Positions 59,613 to 64,000 of a DNA stretch of 64,000 nt are shown here, piece by piece. Source of the DNA: a bacterium (lineage in GTDB: Bacteria; Zhuqueibacterota; Zhuqueibacteria; Residuimicrobiales; Krinioviventaceae); the NCBI GenBank assembly GCA_963693055.1, contig OY843751.1, forward strand, positions 1,568,001-1,632,000, given 5' to 3'. The position numbers and the translations under genes are program-made. Below the pieces are notes generated by a model that saw only the letters and a list, made by a program, of their open reading frames with translations, had not been told where the DNA came from and ran no database searches. Every line of letters begins with the position of its first letter. Within the stretch, counting starts at the first letter, position 1.

Positions 59613-60311
59613 TTATCGTGCCCCACCAATTTTTGCAAATACATACAGCATCTCAGTCGCTATCTGTGCGCATCGTTCATCATATTTTTCTTTTTCCATA
59701 GGTGTATTGTCAAATTGCTTGGGGTCTTGATACGTTACTGCAAATCTTGCTTTTGCACCGGGTACAATGGGGCATGCTGCGTCTGCGTCTGAACAGGTCA
59801 TGACTGCTGCAAAATTTTCCTGGGGATTGCTGCTGTCATCAAATGTTTTTGACCAGGCTTTGATTGTATCTGCCTGAGATGAAAACATTACATGATAAAT
59901 CGGATTATCATCATCTGTTGTTTTTTCTACCTCAAAACCGGCATTCAGCATAGCTTTAACAGAACGGGGATTAAAGGCAGTGGCTTCAGTCCCTCCTGAA
60001 TAGCATTGAACGCCCGGTACACGAAAATAATGAGCGGCGGTTTGTGCCCATATCTGTGCCATATGGCTGCGACGTGAATTGTGTGTACAAATAAAAACAA
60101 GATTTGCTGTTGAATCTGCCATAACTTTTTGGTTAGTCCATGATGACAGGGAATCGAGAATTTCTTTTCGAGTATCCGGAATCTCTACAGTCTTTTCAAG
60201 CTGTTCAACAATATAGCTGTTCAAAGTATCGGGCATATCATTCTCCATTGCCATTATTAAGGGAGCACAGAGTATTACGATGAATATCCAAATATTAATT
60301 ATTTTTTGCAT
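59613..60311 (-). CDS. Low-molecular-weight protein-tyrosine phosphatase / ArsC-like protein with a signal-peptide-like N-terminus
   Basis: FICTHNSRRS P-loop, MTCSDADAACP, DPK. Confidence 0.85.
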   Translation of the reverse strand: MQKIINIWIFIVILCAPLIMAMENDMPDTLNSYIVEQLEKTVEIPDTRKEILDSLSSWTNQKVMADSTANLVFICTHNSRRSHMAQIWAQTAAHYFRVPGVQCYSGGTEATAFNPRSVKAMLNAGFEVEKTTDDDNPIYHVMFSSQADTIKAWSKTFDDSSNPQENFAAVMTCSDADAACPIVPGAKARFAVTYQDPKQFDNTPMEKEKYDERCAQIATEMLYVFAKIGGAR

Positions 60312-60525
60312 TAGACCTTCTCATGTTTTTGTGATATAAACTGAAACACGTTACCTAAAAGTAACATTCCAATTGTTAAAATACAATAAAATGATCAACC
60401 ATTGTAATTTAATGTTATCATTTGCTTTACAATGTTTTACAATCCATTGGCATCAATCCGTTGCATATATTCCTGAACTTTATTATTATATTTTCTATTG
60501 GAGGTTGACCGGTCAGGGAAGAAAA

Positions 60526-63168
60526 ATGAAAAACACAATCCTTTTGATTCTAATTTTGCCAATTGTTTTATTTGCCGCTACATTTGAAACATTGCCAGTT
60601 GAAAAGCCCGCGTTGCATGCAAAACGCATGAATGATCAAGTAATTGTGGATGGGGTGTTGGATGAAGATGTTTGGCAGCAAGCCATTGAATATAATTATT
60701 TTACTCAGCGAGATCCATTTGAGGGCAAAAAGCCTTCAGAAGAAACAATTGTTCAGCTTGTTTATGATGATGAAGCTTTGTATATCGGTGCGAGAATGTA
60801 CGATTCCGCTCCGGATTCTATAGTAAAACGGTTGGGCCGACGAGATCAACCCCTGCAGGCTGACCGATTCTATTTTTATATTGACCCCTATCACGATAAA
60901 CGCAGTGGTTACTATTTTGGTATGAACGCCGCGGGTACCTTTTATGATGGTACTATATATAATGATGCTATTTTTGATGCAACCTGGGACGGAGTTTGGG
61001 AAGGCAATACCAATATTGATGAAAAGGGATGGAGTGTTGAAATGCGCATTCCATTTTCTCAATTACGATTCAGACATCAGGAACATGCAATTTGGGCCGG
61101 TAACTGTGCTCGTATTATTGATCGTAAAAATGAAGCCAGTTATGTGACCTTTACTCCCAAAGATGAAAGTGGATTTGTCTCACGTTTTGTCGATCTTACA
61201 GGTATTGAATCCATTCGTCCTCAAAATACTCTCGAGGTCATGCCATTTGTCCGATCAAAGGCCGCGTTTACGCATCCGGAAGCAGCCAATCCATTCAATG
61301 ATGGATCAAAAATTTCTCCCGGTAGTGGTGTTGATCTTAAATATCGTATGGGTAGTAATTTGGTCCTGGATATGACCATGAATCCTGATTTTGGTCAGGT
61401 TGAAGTGGACCCTGCAGTTGTGAATCTAAGTGCATTTGAAACCTATTTCCCTGAAAAACGCCCCTTTTTTATTGAAGGTGCTTCTATTTTTGGATTTGGT
61501 AACGGTGGAACGAACGAGCATTGGGGATTCAGCTTTAGTCAACCTACGTTTTTTTACAGCAGGCGAATCGGGCGCACACCTCAACGTGATTTGCCTGATA
61601 ATGATTATGCGGATGTACCGGACAATACAAATATAATTGGAGCTGCCAAGTTGACCGGAAAACTGGCAAGAAACTGGAATGTGGGTTCTATTCATGCAGT
61701 TACTTCCAGAGAATATGCTGACCTGGATATAAATGGTGTTCGTTCGCATCTTGAAGCTGAACCACAAACTTATTATGGAATTTTTCGTGCCCAAAAAGAG
61801 ATTGATGAAGCTAAATACGGGATTGGATTTTTAGGGACGGTTGTGAACCGTCAGTTCAAAGATATTGCATTGTTGAATGATGTAAACAAAGAAGCTTATG
61901 TTTTTGGTGTTGATGGATGGAGTTTTCTGGATGATGAGCGGGAATGGGTTGTTTCAAGTTGGTTTGGCGCCTCTCATATTAAAGGTTCTCGTGAACGTAT
62001 GTTGGATGTGCAGCAAAGTGTAAGGCATTATTTTCAACGTCCTGATGCAAGATCCTATTCTATTGACAGCTCTGCTACTACAATGAGAGGAACCGCGGGA
62101 AGAATATTGCTCAACAAGGAAAAAGGTAATGTGATCTTTAATACGGCAATAGGTTACGTTGGGCCTTCATTTGATGTGAATGATTTGGGTTACATGAACC
62201 GAACTGATGAAGTCAATGGACATGTATTGGGTGGATATCGCTGGACAGAACCTAATGCCTTTGCTCGTACTGTTTATCTTAGAGGTTCGGCATATTATGC
62301 CAAAGATGCAGATGGAAATGTCACCGACAAGGGCCTTTGGCATAATGGATACTTTTTGTTCAATAATTATTATACTCTGAGTTATACTTTCTATTTAGAA
62401 GATAATACCTTTGATCCTGCATTGACCCGGGGCGGTCCTTTAATGATTAATCCAAAATATTGGAGTAATTATATATATCTTTCATCTGATTCCAGAAAGT
62501 CTATGATTTTTGGAGCAAGTACAGCATATGTAAGCAGTGCTCATGATGCCTGGTATTTCAGTTTAGGGACATTTGCCGAATGGAAAGCCAGACCCAATTT
62601 ATTATTACGTTTTGAACCCAGTATGTTATGGCACAGCACCTATAGTCAATGGGTTGATGATTTTGAGGACCCATTGGCAACTGTAACTTATGGTAATAGA
62701 TATGTTTATGCCTCAATTTGGCGAAAACAATTTTCCGCAGGATTGAGAATGAACTGGACATTTACACCAAAACTGAGTCTGCAGGTTTTTGCACAGCCGT
62801 TGGTTTCTATTGCGGATTATTCAAATTTTAAGGAATTTGCAAAGCCGAGTACCTACGAGTTTAATGATTTGACGGATGTGGAATATGATGAATCTGATAA
62901 TACTTATGAAGTAGACCCTGATGGAGATGGACCTGCTGAGTCCTTTAGCTTTGATAATCCCGATTTTGATCTGAAATCTTTACGAGGAAATGCAGTCTTG
63001 CGTTGGGAGTATTTGCCAGGTTCTACCATGTACCTGGTTTGGACACAGCAGAGATCGGAAGACGAGTATTTAGGTAGTCTTGATTTTAAACGATCTTTTG
63101 AAAGAATTTTGTCACCCAAAGCCGACAATATTTTTATGTTAAAACTCAGTTACTGGTTAAATATTTAA
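60526..63168 (+). CDS. DUF5916 / CBM9-like outer-membrane protein
   Basis: Start moved to MKNTIL at 60526; VDGVLDEDVW, WSVEMRIPFSQLRF, NPDFGQVEVD, EKRPFFIEG, C-terminal KLSYWLNI. Confidence 0.88.
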   Translation: MKNTILLILILPIVLFAATFETLPVEKPALHAKRMNDQVIVDGVLDEDVWQQAIEYNYFTQRDPFEGKKPSEETIVQLVYDDEALYIGARMYDSAPDSIVKRLGRRDQPLQADRFYFYIDPYHDKRSGYYFGMNAAGTFYDGTIYNDAIFDATWDGVWEGNTNIDEKGWSVEMRIPFSQLRFRHQEHAIWAGNCARIIDRKNEASYVTFTPKDESGFVSRFVDLTGIESIRPQNTLEVMPFVRSKAAFTHPEAANPFNDGSKISPGSGVDLKYRMGSNLVLDMTMNPDFGQVEVDPAVVNLSAFETYFPEKRPFFIEGASIFGFGNGGTNEHWGFSFSQPTFFYSRRIGRTPQRDLPDNDYADVPDNTNIIGAAKLTGKLARNWNVGSIHAVTSREYADLDINGVRSHLEAEPQTYYGIFRAQKEIDEAKYGIGFLGTVVNRQFKDIALLNDVNKEAYVFGVDGWSFLDDEREWVVSSWFGASHIKGSRERMLDVQQSVRHYFQRPDARSYSIDSSATTMRGTAGRILLNKEKGNVIFNTAIGYVGPSFDVNDLGYMNRTDEVNGHVLGGYRWTEPNAFARTVYLRGSAYYAKDADGNVTDKGLWHNGYFLFNNYYTLSYTFYLEDNTFDPALTRGGPLMINPKYWSNYIYLSSDSRKSMIFGASTAYVSSAHDAWYFSLGTFAEWKARPNLLLRFEPSMLWHSTYSQWVDDFEDPLATVTYGNRYVYASIWRKQFSAGLRMNWTFTPKLSLQVFAQPLVSIADYSNFKEFAKPSTYEFNDLTDVEYDESDNTYEVDPDGDGPAESFSFDNPDFDLKSLRGNAVLRWEYLPGSTMYLVWTQQRSEDEYLGSLDFKRSFERILSPKADNIFMLKLSYWLNI

Positions 63169-63190
63169 CTATATATTTGATATTATTTAC

Positions 63191-63220
63191 AAGCCGGTTC
63201 TGCCAGGAACCGGCTTTTTT
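63191..63220 (+). terminator. Intrinsic terminator
   Basis: AAGCCGGTTC-TGCCAG-GAACCGGCTTTTTT. Confidence 0.85.
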
Positions 63221-63302
63221 CTATTGTACATTCCTTTATGATTTTCTTGCATTAAACCATCAAGATGCATATTTTATTTAAAATTAATCTCGGGAGCTAT
63301 CA

Positions 63303-64000
63303 ATGAAGCAGTTTATTTTAATTGTATTGATGTTTTGTAGTATAGCAGTATCTATGGAATTACCGGAAGATTTTCAGATCATTCCTCATCCTCAGGAAGT
63401 TCAGGTATACGGACAGGAATCCTTATTTTGCAAGGAAATACAAGGCATATTTTTAGATGATGATATTGAACTGCCTGTACTGCCATTTCACCTCTCTGCA
63501 TTACCATTACTTGATAATCAAACTGACAAGAGTTTGGTATTAACCAAACGAAATGCTGATGAACTTGAAGGTAATAGCGAAGGATATATTCTGGAGATTA
63601 ATGCACGCGGCATATCGATTCTGGCAATTGATGATGCAGGTTTCTTTTATGCGTGCCAGACGCTTGAACAAATGATTGAGGATGCTAAAACTGCTCATAT
63701 CGGATTACCGGCATGTCGAATTTTGGATGTACCCGCTTATGAATGGCGGGCAGTTCATTTTGATGTAAAACACCATCTGGACCATATGAATTATTATTAT
63801 GAAAGCATTGATCGGCTTGCCAAATACAAGATCAATGCAATTGTTTTTGAATTTGAGAACAAGCTCCGTTATCAAAAGCGACCACTTGTGGGTTCGTCTC
63901 ATGCTATCAGTATTGAAGAAATGCAGGCTTTATCACAGTATGCCGCTGACAGGCATATTGAGATTATTCCTTTGGTGCAAGGTTTAGGGCACGCTACTTT
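63303..64000 (+). CDS. GH20 beta-N-acetylhexosaminidase, partial (runs off window end)
   Basis: Not in ORF track. Read by hand: MKQFILIV...IIPHPQEV...EGYILEI...GFFYACQTL...ILDVPAYEWRAVHFD...IEIIPLVQGLGH. Confidence 0.88.
   Translation, partial: MKQFILIVLMFCSIAVSMELPEDFQIIPHPQEVQVYGQESLFCKEIQGIFLDDDIELPVLPFHLSALPLLDNQTDKSLVLTKRNADELEGNSEGYILEINARGISILAIDDAGFFYACQTLEQMIEDAKTAHIGLPACRILDVPAYEWRAVHFDVKHHLDHMNYYYESIDRLAKYKINAIVFEFENKLRYQKRPLVGSSHAISIEEMQALSQYAADRHIEIIPLVQGLGHAT

Noticed and set aside
60446-60465. Sigma-54 promoter TGGCATCAATCCGTTGCA before the DUF5916 gene
   Set aside because: GG to GC spacing is 12 nt rather than the required 10

Overview
A 64-kb bacterial chromosomal window with about 55 CDS and no rRNA, tRNA, CRISPR array, integrase, transposase or reverse transcriptase that I could recognise. 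Gene content suggests an FCB-superphylum organism such as KSB1, Calditrichota or Ignavibacteria (inference): many secreted proteins with the QNYPNPFNP C-terminal sorting domain, TAT-exported sugar enzymes, a sulfatase, GH20, DUF5916 and fldA-DUF2023. Housekeeping and metabolic genes include a short metH, fldA, CoA-transferase plus crotonase, phoA, bcp, an RND pump, rpsU, thiN and aminopeptidase P. The most interesting signals are these. (1) A family of secreted 7-repeat propeller genes whose signal-peptide DNA and sorting-domain DNA are about 86-87% identical while the cores diverge; a third copy is fused out of frame to an orphan sorting-domain tail, suggesting cassette-like shuffling. (2) A membrane-anchored CHASE2 sigma-54 activator directly upstream of a perfect -24/-12 promoter, a candidate enhancer and two paralogous outer-membrane barrels. 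(3) An AT-rich, all-cytoplasmic phosphorelay island with a ChpT-like pseudokinase and its own candidate sigma-54 promoter. (4) A GxxExxY nuclease gene bracketed by inverted repeats, plus composite intergenic clusters of several palindrome families. (5) A GH-A/GH39-like protein that appears to have lost both catalytic glutamates. Family names come from recognised motifs, not database searches, and the identities were counted by hand.
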